DNA of 64,000 nucleotides, from contig JAQFVV010000004.1 of the NCBI GenBank assembly GCA_028023455.1, forward strand, positions 26,846,001 through 26,910,000, in the 5' to 3' direction. Source of the DNA: Epiperipatus broadwayi (Eukaryota; Animalia; Onychophora). The notes below the pieces were generated by a model. The model had not been told where the DNA came from and searched no databases. It was given only the letters and a program-made list of their open reading frames with translations. The position numbers were made by a program, and so were the translations under genes. Below, in pieces: positions 25,332 through 38,214 of this stretch (positions within the stretch are counted from its first letter, which is position 1; each line of letters starts with the position of its first letter).

Positions 25332-27279
25332 TATATAAATTTAAAAAAATCTCAATCTACTCTGGCTGCACTTTCACTATTGTCGGAAAATGGCCCTTCA
25401 AGCAGAAAAATCTAATACAGAAGATGGATAAGACCAATGGCACCTATAACTAGACCAAGACCTGCAGCTATATTTCAAGGGTATAGAACTCCTTGGCTGC
25501 TAAATTCAAACACATGCCATCAAAGCATTTTATTTGTTGAGAGGCAAAACCTCAGGCACTAGCTAATACAATTTAGCAATTGATGTATTCCAAGCTAGCT
25601 CTTTCATTTAATTGTGTGGAAACAAACTTTGACACCCTGCTTAATACTTATATTTAACTATAAATTATCTATTATTGGTGCAATTATAAAAAGATAACTG
25701 ATCAAACAATAATTAGAAAACAAACAATGTATTTAAATGCACTTCCAATTAAAAGGTATGATAATAAAGAGGATTTAATAAAAAATCATTATAAATTTAT
25801 TTAAACACACTTCTAGTTGAAATATATGATAATAAAGAATATTATAATTAAAGAACATTATAAATTTAAACACCCACACACACACACATTAAAATGTATT
25901 ATAATAAAAATTCAGTAATCAATGTAAAGCTTTGCAAATATTAAAAATATATTATGAGAAAATTTAAATATGCACACACATATTAAGGTTTAACTAAGTA
26001 ATAACTTATTACAGATATTTAAAGATTGCTATGGCTATTAGAGTTCAACAAAGTCTTTTCTTCAAACACGATTAAGTTTTATAAATAGGAATAATAAAGT
26101 TCACAGCTACTTAGGATTTCTGGCAGATTGCACTTTACACTTTGAGAGACACGACTCCTCACTTTCTCCTGCTATATTGATCACCAATGGTTGGGTCTGG
26201 ACTCCATTAATAGTTTTGCTGGTCAGATCATAAGGTGGGCATGATTTCTAGATGTAGAACTTCTGCTGTTCTAGATGACTAGGACTGAAGACTGGCCACA
26301 TACTTTGATGGCTGTCAAACACTGGATGATGCTAGGTGGTTCTTCGGTAACAGTGAATACACACACTCGCATGCTGAAGATATCAATCGCCTTGGAAACT
26401 CTTACATGATAGCAATAACAAATACGATGGTATTATAATGTTAATCTTAATAATTACTAATTATGAATGGATTTGTCAGCCCTTTTATGCACTTACTCCT
26501 TATTGATTTTCTAGTTATCACTCTGATCTGATTTAATTAATTTACAATTTTATTAATCAATTTTCCATTACACATTTAATCTACATTTTTGCTTACATTA
26601 ATCTAGCATTCTGATAAGATATGGTCTTGAATCCTTTTCCTTTGTTTTTTCACTTAATGTAATTAAAGTTATTATTCTCTTCTATTTATCATCCAACCAA
26701 TCTTTAAATGGATTTAAATTTACAAGCTTTCTTTTCACATTTTAATTTAATTTTCATTTTTACATTCCCCCCCCCTCTAAATTTATAAAAAGAGAGATCT
26801 CTAATTTTAACTTTTTACTTGATTAATCCCATCCCCCCTTTTTACTATTTGCTTTAAAAGCATATATATATATTTTCTAAATAACAAGATGATTCAACGC
26901 TTTATCTTTTGGTGATTTGCATATCTTAAAATAAACTCTTTAAACATTTTAGTACTAATATTTCTCATTTATTAAAACATTACTTATTTCTTTTGTAAAA
27001 TTTAATCCGATCATTTACTAATAAATGATTCTGCAGAATTTTTGTTTTTTAAAATTTTGTTTTAAAATCTTAATTAATCATTATTTTTTAAAAAACAATT
27101 ACAAAACATGTAGTACTATTCACTAGTGTTACATCACACCCCTCTCTGTTTGAGAATTAAAATGTGTCAGTTTGATCCATTTCATCTCTAATAATTTATT
27201 CATAGCTTTTCACTCAACTGTTCCATTTCACCACAACACATTTAATTTTATGAACATTAGTTCCCTTCTTCATGTAGTC

Positions 27280-27658
27280 CAGGGGTCCCCAACCCTATGC
27301 CTGCAGGCACCATTCCACCCACAGACCATTTTATGTGTGCCCGCCATTATCCAAACATGATACAAATAAATTTATTTTTTAAAATTTCTTATAAGTTATT
27401 GTATTATATTGTAATCAAATTGTAGGGCATACTATACTTTTACAGAGTAAAAATATAAACGTCAATTATATGTTAAAATTTTATTTTTGAAATAAATATT
27501 TTTTTGTACATTATGTGTATTATTAACAATATCCAACTATAAATTTACATTGATAAAATAAATGGTGCTCGCCACCTGGTTGAAAAAATAAATAGTGCCC
27601 ACCACCTGGCCAGTATTATAGAATGTGCTCTTAAGTGCAAAAAGTTTGGGGACCCCTG
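27280..27658. mobile_element. hAT-family MITE
   Basis: TIR caggggtccccaac / gtttggggacccctg, with perfect 8-bp TSD atgtagtc (27272-27279 and 27659-27666). Confidence 0.95.
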
Positions 27659-27739
27659 ATGTAGTCTAAGGACTTGTTTCGATTTTATTATCTACAGTCT
27701 GACCCATTATCATACTTTATACACTGTCTGTCCGGTGGT

Positions 27740-27960
27740 ATCCTTTTCCTCTTTATTAAATTTAATGACTGAGCATTGTATGTTCCCTTCTCCTCTATGT
27801 CTTGTGCCACAACAAATACATTGTTATTATATTTATGTATGATTATATACAGACCATAGATTGGTTGAAACTTTTTGTAAATATGTTTTCTGGATGGCTT
27901 ACAGAGTTAACTCTTATCATGACCTCATCTACCATAAATTCATCCCTGGCTCTTCCTTAT
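27740..27960 (-). pseudogene. pol: Gypsy integrase C-terminal remnant
   Basis: FMVDEVMIRVNSVSH...HKYNNNVFVVAQDIEEKGTYNAQSL aligns by eye with FKVGVRVMVKTSHV...DNAFWVDTGHGIKGSYNARSL of the element at 43628-44038. Confidence 0.7.
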
Positions 27961-28387
27961 TTCCTCTGCCCAACTCACCCATAGTCTCTACCCTAATTTG
28001 TTCTTGTTCATCATCCTTCTATTTATTTATCGGGCCTGCTTTCACTGGTAATCTGGTTCATTTCTATGCTACAAAACCCCCCTTTTAGACAATAGCACTT
28101 TCCATCCCTCCATAATGGGTCATTTGTGCTTCTTGTCACAGGTTGATGGAGTAAGTACTTTATTATCTGTCCACAATCAAAATCCCTGCTTTGTCACTCT
28201 TTTAATCTCTGGAGGTCATTTTCTACAGCCTCACTTCCATTTATTTCCCTTGTAGCAATGTAAACAGCATCACAACTTAAATGCTGTTGTTTTCGTGCGC
28301 AGGGTAGCAGTTTAATGTGTCCTCCACTACATTTTCTTTACTCTGGCAGTATTTCACACTGTAATTGAATTCTTAAAGGAATAAACT

Positions 28388-28850
28388 TTACCTTATTAAT
28401 TGGCTGTTTATAAGGAAGCTATGGTTTAAGAATTCCAGGCTTTTGTGATCAGTGATTACAATTACCTCAGATCCTATCAGAAACTGGCAAAACTTTTTGA
28501 ATATCCATACAATTGCTAAGGCCTCCTTTTCAGTTATGGTGTAGTTTATTTCAGGATGCTTCAATAAGCAGCTAATGAAAAAGGACCTCTTTTTGACCTT
28601 CATCTCATATTTGGGATAGTGCAGCCCTCCAATCCAAACCCACTACTGTCAGTTTGCACAAAAACAGTTTACAAGTCAGGATATGACAACATGACTTTTT
28701 CTAGAAACGTTTTCACATTTTGGAAACTACATTCATTCTGTTCAGTTCATGCCCACTGCTTTTCTTTCTTAAGTAATTGCAGTAATGGTTCCATGTTGAT
28801 AAAAGAATTTTTGTAAAATTGGTTATACAAATTACATAACCATAGGATGG
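28388..28850 (-). pseudogene. pol: Gypsy RT-connection/RNase H remnant
   Basis: EPLLQLLKKEKQW...VMLSYPD...VQTDSSGFGL and FISCLLKHPEINYTITEKEALAIVWIFKKFCQFLIGSEVIVITDHKSL. Confidence 0.9.
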
Positions 28851-29806
28851 ACTTTACATGATTCAGTTTTATAAATGGGAATAATAAAGTTCATAGTTAC
28901 CTAGTATTTTTGGTGGATTTCACTTTACATTTTGAGAGACATGACTCCTCACTTTCTCCTGCTATATTGATGACCAACCAGTTGGGTTTGGACTCCATTA
29001 ATAGTGTTGTTCCTGACTGTCTTTCCATGTTCAACGAAAAAGATATTCTTTGAATGTTCAGATCATAAGGTGAACATGATTTCTAGATATAAAACTGCTG
29101 TTCTAGAGGACCAGGACTGAAGACTGGTCATATGCTTTGATGACTGTCTAACACTGCATGATGCTACGTGGTTCTTCAGTAAATGTTAATATACATACTC
29201 ACATGCTGAAGACATCAATGGCTTTTTCTGTCTTCTCTTCTTTGGAAAATCTTACACGGTAGCAATAATAAATATGATACTATAAGGTTAATCTTAATAA
29301 TTAATAATTATGAATGGATTTGTCAGCCCTTTTATACACTTCGTCCTTATTGTTTTTTTAGTTATCACTCCGATCTCATTTAATTATCTTACCATTTTAT
29401 TAATCAAATTTCCATTATGCTTTAATCTGCATTTTTGCTTAGATTAATCTAGCATTCTGATAAGATACAGTCTTAAATCATTTTCCTTTGTTTTTTTCAC
29501 TTAATCTAATTAAAGTTACTATTCTCTTTTTTCTATTTATCAGCCAACCAATCTTTAAATGGATTTAAGTTTGCAAGCTTTCTTTTCACATTTTAATTTA
29601 ATTTTCATTTTTACATTTTTTATCTCTAAATTTATAATAAGTGCTCCAGTTTTAATTTTTTAATTAGTTAATCTTCCCCTCTCTTTTTTCCTATTGACTT
29701 TTTAACTATTAACCTTTTTTTTCCTTCTAAATAACAAGATGACGCAACATTTTATCTTTTGGCGATTTGTGTTTCTTAAAAAAAAAACTTCTTTAAACAT
29801 TTTAGT

Positions 29807-30456
29807 TTCAAAAATAACTTTATTAATGAAAAATAATTGATTATCTAAGAATATGTGAATACATTGTCTTTCTTGGTAAGAAGTTCTAACATCCTAATTG
29901 AGAAACTGAAATGGATCTAAAGTTTAATCCCCTGGAGAATCTCTAATGGAAATGCTAGTATCAAATTTTGTGTGTGATTGTTTATGTCTTAGGTGATTTT
30001 TGGTATTTGAAAGAGATTCCATGTCTCATTATAGAGGAATTTTGAAGACAGGATAAGGTCTTTACTTTTCAACTTATTAAGGTGATCGATAAATATGACA
30101 TCTTGATTTGGAGGTGGGAAGGTGAAGATTAGTTTGCAACGAACACTCCAGATTGTATGAACTAAAAACAATGAAAGTCTAATGAAAGGAAATTGTCTAC
30201 TTTGTAAGGAGTCTTTCAATGATAGAATTTTGTAAAAGTCAATGCTCGAACTTTGCGATATTAGCAATCTAATGCCTACCAGCCGAGGGCATGATTTAAT
30301 AATATGGTCAAAAGTATCCTCTTGAGTCTTGCAGAGCGGGTATATTGGATCAATATTATTTAGATATCTCTTGAAATGTAAAAAGTGATTAGTATGCATG
30401 GCATTTTGATTTACCTTAATTAAGAAGGTAAGAAATTTGGGTTCTAATTTAAGAAA
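29807..30456 (-). mobile_element. 5'-truncated Tx1/L1-like LINE inserted in the 5' LTR
   Basis: ORF 29989-30399 contains PLCKTQEDTFDHIIKSC and IWSVRCKLIF (zf-RVT-type C-terminus). Minus-strand AATAAA near the end; tttagt duplicated at 29801-29806 and 30457-30462; the segment is absent from the partner LTR. Confidence 0.85.
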
Positions 30457-33181
30457 TTTAGTCCTAATATTTCTAATATTTTACGTATTTTTTTTCTAAA
30501 ATTTAATCTGATCATTTACTAATAAATGATTTTGCAGTATTTTTATTTTTTAAAATTTCATTTTAAAATCTTGTAGTGTTATCCACTAGCAGTACAATAT
30601 ATATAAGAGATGAAGATTAGCATCACTACAATGAAGTGAATTAAACACAATGCAATAAGTAAAAAATAGACTGCATGAAAATGTAATTATCCTTGGTAAA
30701 AAAATGAAATTTATTAAAAGAATGTCTCTGATAATAGACAAAGTCTCAACTAAGTCTAAAAAACTATCTAAATATCTTGATGAAATAATCATGTCTTACA
30801 TTCAAGAGAACATTTCTGGGCTATTAGCATAAGTTTTGGCTTAAATAATAATAAGTAAACTATCATGTTTCAAAACAAAAAAAATAAATAATTGTGATAA
30901 CTAGAAAAATAATGTAGACATACATAAAAATAAGATTGATTATATTAGAAAAAATGCTGCAGTCTTTCAGAAAGAAAATTTCAATAAAGAGAAAGAATTA
31001 AAAGACATCAGCTTATGATATATGTGGACATATTTGTAATTCATGAATTCATTTGCATAGATAATCAAAATACATTTTAAACATCTTTACTGTTATCCTT
31101 TTCTCCAACTTTTTTTTCTAGAGTGGAATGGCGATATTCATTTACAAGCAGGACTGATGATAACTCATTCTTTAGAACAAAAACATTTCAAGTTCACAAT
31201 TTAAAAAGACAAGACAAGAAAGAATTATTAGATGAACATGAAATTTAAAACATTTCAGAATAAAAAACAAAAAGAAGACAAAAAGTGTTAAATAATTGTC
31301 TACATCCTTCAAATTATATAAATACATTGTACATAGAATAAGAGAGACTAGCAAAACTTGAGTAAATAATCTCAAAAAAAATAATTTTATTCCTGTAAAA
31401 TGATGTGATACATTAAATTCTCTGCATGAAAGCATATTGGATAATCAGACAACAGACTACTACAGCTAAGTCACCATTATCAATAATGGTTGGTCATTTC
31501 TTTCCAAGAAATTGGGCTTTCACAATATCCCTAAATGGATATATTCAAACTTTATTTAGTTACAGATTTATGGAACATTAAATACTGACAACAGCTTCAG
31601 ATTATGAAATAATTTGGTGGCAGATTAACAATTATTAAAAAACAAAGATATCATAAATTATATAGATGCATGTATTTTCACAATATCCACCTGAAGTTTG
31701 TCAGAGAGAACAATTTATTCTAGTTTTATTATTTTAAGAAAAAAAGATCTGTAAATAGAATCTAGAGATTTTAAATATCCATGCATCAGCAGTGTAGAGA
31801 GAGGAAATAAAATCTATTTTTAATCAGTAATGGATACGACAAAATAAAAAGCAACATGATTAATTTCTTACATATTTATTTAGTGGTAATGATTTGGATT
31901 CAATTATAAAAGTATTTATTTAAGAATACATTACTATATATATATGACAAGTTAAGACATTCATCTTCCTCTCTCTTCAATAAAATTTTACTTATTAACT
32001 AGTAGCAATGTCTACACTTTTTTATAATTTGAAAAACAAACTACATTGACCTGGTGAAGTGACTTAACCGTATCAAACCAATTAACTGACAATAAAGATT
32101 GTAGAAGTCATTACAGCTTAAGATAGGGATAGCACAAACTTTTAAAAGAAATCCGATCTTAAGAAGAATTTAAAGTTAGTTTTTATATATATATAATTTG
32201 TTTGAAACACTGTACTATAATTACATCTTCGTTACCAAAAATACTGCTATTGAAGTAAATAATCCTTCAATAAATTAAGTTTCTTCATATTTAATTCAGA
32301 TGACTTTTCATATAAATCTAGTAAATGATTTACTTATAGAAAAGTAATTCTTGAGATTCTCCCTGTATTAATCAAATAATTGTATTTATTATTCTAGGAC
32401 AAAAAATTATTTTAAAATGAACGCTAAAAAAGTATTTAAATATCAAAATGTACCCTTTTAAAAAAATTAAAAAAAGGAATTAAATAATATTTAAAAATAC
32501 AACTGTATTATAGATTTAGTTCATTTTATTAAGAAATTGTAATTAAAAACGGAGAAGAAAAAATGCTTGAACCTAGCCAGTTTAAAATTAAAATCAAGTA
32601 AACAATCTTTAAACAAATAGATTAGAAAAGCAATTTGACTAACTAGGTAAACCTAGACTTTGACTATTCGTGTGATCATTCTTTGACAAACGAATGGGAG
32701 ATTTTCTTTTATTTGTTTATAAAAATGTACCTATATATATATTGCAAAGTAAATACAGTAATATCTTCCTTCGCTCAGACAAAAATGAATAAAAAGTGGC
32801 CAATCTGTGCTAACATACACTATATGCACACATTCTTGTAAAATTATATATTAAATTCATTATAAATTTTCTGCATGTTATCAGGGTTTTTTATCTCTAG
32901 GTTTTTTTTAAAAATCTATAGTAAATGTGTAGATGTTCTCCAATTTCAGTAGCACTAAAATTTGATGACTAAAAATTTTAGAGTTTAAAATTCTGATCGA
33001 TTTGGAAGAAGTCACATACTTGTGATTACAACTTGATTTTCTCGGAATTCTGTTTTATCAATTTCTATAAAAATTAAAATCTCTATGAACTGCTGAACAG
33101 CATCAGATCAGTATCAGAGATTAATATAGAATCATAAATCAAACTTCTCTATAATAATTTATCATTATTGCCAAATCCATA

Positions 33182-33366
33182 TAATATTAATATCACTTAT
33201 ATTCTTTATTACTTTTTGCAATGCTTTTTTACAACCCTCTATTGATAGTTTCAATTGCCCCAACAATTAGTTCTGAAGAATTTGCTGGGGCAATCGAAGC
33301 TGTCAATAGTGGGTTATAAAAAAGCATTGTAGAAAGTAATAAAGAACATAAATGATATTAATATTA
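33182..33366. repeat. About 185-bp fold-back (MITE-like hairpin)
   Basis: Arms of about 80 bp with 9 mismatches (8 transitions) around a short loop acaattagttctgaagaatttgc. Confidence 0.9.
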
Positions 33367-34651
33367 TATTAATAACTGATCAAAAGATCACAAGATGTTA
33401 AAGTGCAATCTTAGTTTGGAATCAATCTAGAAATCTTTACATCTTAAGTCTACCCGTTTATAACATCCATATAGCAAGATTGTTCAGAAAATGAAAATCA
33501 AGACAGAATAAAGAATGTTGCAATTTCAAATGAATATCTCTAATGATATTGTAGAAGGCAAAGACCTATTATTAGGTAAACAAAAAATTCCCAGAAGTTG
33601 GAAAATATAAAATTGTTTGGTTTATACCACTTACAAGGCATTTAAAATTTTTTTTATTAAAAATAAACAGTTAAAAAAAAGAAACAACATATTTACAAAA
33701 TAAAACTGTTTGCATAATTATAATGGAATATGCTATATAGCAATCATATACATTATGAATAATAATAATACATTATACATATTTTCTAGTAAGATTACAA
33801 TTATTGCATTATAATGACTTTTAATATTGAATGATATAATTTTTTATGATTAAATAAAAAACTGCAAAATTATTACTGTTAAAAAGCAAATATTAAGCAT
33901 TCAGTTGCTATTAAAAGCACCATTATTGAAAAGTATCTATATATTTTACAATAAACAAAAAAGACCAGGAAGGAAATTTTTATAAATGCAGTTCATGAAC
34001 TAAAAGTAAAAACCAGTTCAGAATTACCTGATGGTATTAAATCAGATAAATAGTTGGGCAGTTGAATGTATTAAAAAAAAAAAAAGATATAAACACTGGT
34101 GAGACAGATTTAATGTATAGTATTAAATTTTTTAATGATAATTTTATCTTTAAATACTATTAGAATATGTTTATAAATCTTTTAATAAAAAAGTGGGATA
34201 AAAGTTATATAATAGAATGTTATAATGAATATCTAAATACTGACTCAGACAAGATGCTATACAAATGAGAATAAAAGAAACAAGAAAAAACTTAATGTAT
34301 GATTTTATGATGCATGTTATAAGCATTTTTGTGTAAAATTCTCAGATGCAGTAATTGTATCCAAAATTATTTCTGCACTTGAATACAATACTTTTTATAA
34401 TTTTTATTTTATTTTACTAACAATTTTGACTGATCCATAGTTTTCATAAATCTTTTTTGAATAAATTTAAGAAAAAAACTGATGAAAACTGTAGATCAGT
34501 CAAAATTATTAGTGAAAAATACTAAAAAAACATTATATTCAAGTGCTTATTAGTGGATTTTTAAAGTTTTCCTTCTTTTTAAAGAAAAAAAAAGGCAATT
34601 ATAGTATTTTAAAAAAAAATTATATAGTGGTTTAATATTTAAAATAATATA

Positions 34652-35986
34652 CACCTTTACCCCGCTTAGCGATTGGCTACTTAGCGATATTTCACAATAG
34701 CGATCATCATCAATTTGTACCCACTACTTCGATTTACAATCGATTATTCACTATAATGATCGGGAAAATTAAAAAAAATAAATTTTGGCAGCCATCTTGA
34801 ATTCTGCGTCACTGATGACATCAGAGAATAGGTATTTTAAATTCATTTTACTCAAAAGCAAAAGCACATTACTGTATAGCACATACAATATTTTATTCAT
34901 AAAACACAATGTTAGTGCTGCATTCAGTATTATAAATATAGAACGTATAAACTTAATATATATATAATTACTGAATCTATAATACTGTATACATATAAGT
35001 GTCGAATGTCTTTAGAAAAATTAAACTTTATTTAAATATAATGTACAGTATTTGGATTATTTAAATAAAATTTAATTTTTCTACACATTCAACACTTATA
35101 TTAGATGATGAAAACAGTACAACTAAAATACCATCATCACAAACTTTTAGGAAAACATTAAATACCAATATTAAATTGCATGTTGTTCCTTAATTAGTAT
35201 GCTCAAGTGGTTTCAAATCAAAAGAAAAACATTTTTAAAAAAAAGTTTAAAAAGAAAAACAAATTGAATTTAAAATAAGTGTTAATAAATAATCTTTCTA
35301 CACGAACAAAGGGGGGGGGAGCACTATTACATTACTAAAAATATACACTAAGAAAAATAAACTTAGCATGTATTTTAAAAAATTAGAAGTTAGATTTTTT
35401 TTCTTTCAAAGTAAGTTGATTTTTTTATTTTTCTAAAGTTGACTAATTTACTACTATATGCATTAAGCCTTTTGTTATTCTGGAGTACAGTAATAAGTCT
35501 TTATGTTTAATTAAATAATTTATAATTAAACATTGCTTTTTAATTTGAATAATTTCACATAAGTAATAAACATAAATGTACAGTAATATGTACTGCAATA
35601 CAAATTTAAAAAAATGCACTTCAGTATGAATTTTTTTTCCATTACGATGAAAACCTGTGAAAGAATATAAAAACTCTTAAATTCAAATTTAATTTCACTT
35701 TCTCTTTCTTTTTGCTGTTCTGTACTTTTTAAACAGAGAAAATATGCATTTTTTCCCCTAGTGATATAAAAATTTTCTTTTTAGATATTGTATTTAGTCA
35801 TCATTGCCATGAAAAAATCAAGAAAATCTTTGAGCTTGGAAACCAATGTGGATATTTTACGTCGACTGGAACCGACCAATTTTTTCCCCATAAACCTGCA
35901 TTATAAATACATATTCTGTATGTGAAATTCTTGCTTAACAATGAGTTTTGGAGGACCAATTGCCAATGCTAAGCAGGGTAAAGGGG
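34652..35986 (+). mobile_element. Internally deleted pogo/Tigger transposon
   Basis: ta|cacctttaccccgcttagc ... gctaagcagggtaaagggg|ta (2 mismatches in 19), with repeated tagcgat subterminal motifs. ATG at 35809 gives MKKSRKSLSLETNVDILRRLE (CENP-B-type HTH start), then a deletion. Confidence 0.8.
34994..35100. repeat. About 107-bp mini fold-back inside the Tigger element
   Basis: tataagtgtcgaatgtctttagaaaaattaaactttatttaaata ... tatttaaataaaatttaatttttctacacattcaacacttata. Confidence 0.85.
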
Positions 35987-36096
35987 TAATTTATATCTTC
36001 ATTTTTTTATATTTTTTATAAAAAAATATAAACAATAATAATAACAGACTATATATTAAAGCATTTGCCTGAAGAGTTGTGATAATATACTTTTAA

Positions 36097-36508
36097 TTGT
36101 ATTTATATGTTGGGATATTCCATCTAACATTAAATGTTGAATGTCTTTAGAAAAATGTTTGAACTGTATTTAAATTTTCCAATTACATTCAACTGTTAGT
36201 AATATATTGCTGGCTGAGCAGTGACCGTACTAGCATGGAAATTGAACTTGAGGAATTGCTCAGTTAAAGTTTCCATATTCAAGAATCTAAAAGTCCAGGT
36301 TCTATTCCCATGCTAATACAGTCACTGGTCAGGACAACAACAACTGAAGATAAGAGAACAATATCACTCACACCATTGTGTATATATTAACCTATGTGCT
36401 ATTACTAACAGTCGAATGTAATTGGAAAATTAAAATAACGTTAATATTTTTTAAAGACATTCAATATTTGATGTTAAATGATAAAATTAGTCCAACATAT
36501 AAGTACAA
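36097..36508. repeat. About 410-bp branched fold-back element
   Basis: Outer arms of about 105 bp (36097-36203 and 36388-36508). A separate inner hairpin pairs ctgagcagtgaccgtactagcatggaaattgaacttg with caggttctattcccatgctaatacagtcactggtcag (about 36208-36325). Confidence 0.8.
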
Positions 36509-37785
36509 CTATACTTTAAAGTCTAGTTATATCAATCCTTCTATCATTTTTCTCTATCTCTTTTCGCTTAGACAATACTTTCAAATATAAGATAATTATA
36601 ATTAATATTACTATTTAATCAAAATCTATTATGAAAACATTAAAATTCATAAATCTTGTTTAAAGAAAACAAAAGAGAGAGGTAGTGGTAACTGATAATT
36701 GAAGAACTATTGCAAACAGGCTCCTAAGTATATTTATTATTTTTGATTAAATCAAATTATATGAATACATTACCGCTATTAAAAAATATATTATGAAATA
36801 AATTACATATATGTATTAAATTTTATTCTTGACAAATTTCTTTTTCAGTCCAACATTATTAGTCTCTTAATTCTTACAATGAGATCAGTGATGTGTGTGT
36901 TTTCTCATCTGTGTATTTTGTTCTTATTCCTCTTTGTTATAATTAAAAGACATTTGGACTCCAGGTTTTACTATGAAGAATGAAATCTCTATATTGTTTC
37001 TCTGTCAAATATTCAAAACCCAGATCCATAAATAAATACTTTGAAATGTTGGATACCTGAAATCTTAAACTGGATCCAAAGAGATTATAAAAAAACTTAG
37101 AAAGTGACTATGCATAAGTTATATAAATGAGATAAAAAAAACTTCTATTATGACATTAAAAAGAGAAACAGTAAATCAGAAATACTGGATGATTAAATTT
37201 TAAGATATTTTTATAATGTAATTGATTTAATAATGATTTTAAATGATGTTACATTTATTTTCAATGTAAATGCTTGTATAATCTACTTTATTTATGGATA
37301 AAGTAAAAAAGTCATTTGAAAATATGTTTATTTAATCTACTAAATTACTTCAAATTGCACAGACATGGTATTTCCTAAAATTATTATCCCAAAATTACAA
37401 ACTATTATATTTATTTATTAACGTATATTTAATATATTTTTCTAAAAAAACATTCATAGAAGACATTTAATTTCTTCATCCATTTGAAGAATTATAACAA
37501 TTGTCAGGCTTTATTTTAAGTTACATATTATGCCACAACAACTGATATATTTACAGAAAAACAACTGAGAACATAAAAATTGAATATAATTTCATTCTCT
37601 TAAATTCATTAAGATGGTACTTTTCAATGTATTATAAGAATTTGTAATGTTAGATATTTTTACTAATAAAATAAAAATTTTATTTTTTTCTAAGCACTGA
37701 ATGTAATATTGCATTGATACTGATAGTGGTGTCATATCTCTGACTTTAATTTACTCTCTTGTGGTTATCTTTAGCATTAGTTTAC

Positions 37786-38047
37786 CATTTGGGTGTTCCT
37801 TTAATGTCAAAAACTGGAATTAAAATAATATTGTTTATTAATTTAAAAAATCTCAAAATGTCACTATTACACAAAGAAACCTCCAACAAATGATCCAATG
37901 CACTACTCGCAATAACACTGATTAATAGACTCTTGTTCTTTCCACATGAAAGTACTTGTAAGAGCTTTTGAACATATTCATTTAGTTTCGATTTTGAACA
38001 TAAAAACATATATTTTCTTATATCTTCCCCTTCCCCCAACAAAATAT
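37786..38047 (-). CDS. Probable internal coding exon of a host gene (product unidentified)
   Basis: 262-bp stop-free segment (..ILLGEGEDIRKYMFLCSKSKLNEYVQKLLQVL...ILIPVFDIKGTPK) flanked by ttgcacAG| (ends 38048) and |GTaaac (37785). No TE motif recognised; flanking exons not identified. Confidence 0.55.
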
Positions 38048-38214
38048 CTGTGCAATATTATTTAAAAATAATGTGATTAGATTCAGATCGTATTTGAAAA
38101 TATTTACTTTAGGAAAAAAGAAATCCATAACATATAGATACAACTAATAACTGATTGAAAAAGCACCTTTCATATTAAACACAGAATGATTTCTTTATCA
38201 TATTTTTAATATTG

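Larger units (their letters stand above)
24097..30596 (-). mobile_element. Internally deleted Ty3/Gypsy LTR retrotransposon carrying three nested insertions
   Basis: Outer ends tgaact.../...agtaca with atat/atat TSD. 3' LTR is 24097-27132; the truncated 5' LTR (about 28855-30596) is similar to 26070-27132. A minus-strand PPT gagagggg-tgtga precedes tgtaac at 27132. Pol remnants lie in between. Confidence 0.85.

Noticed and set aside
30586-31435. Hydrophobic minus-strand ORFs suggesting a chemoreceptor-like membrane protein
   Set aside because: Hydrophobicity is expected from T-rich codons opposite an A-rich strand; there are no splice signals or receptor motif. The plus strand has only faint PLE-RT-like traces.
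33400-33620. Possible further PLE linker fragment (IARLFRK...KIPEVGKYKI)
   Set aside because: Too decayed to call without an alignment.
36900-37060. Candidate next minus-strand exon after 37786-38047 (tttcag acceptor)
   Set aside because: The phase-compatible frame reaches a stop within 18 codons, with no good donor before it.
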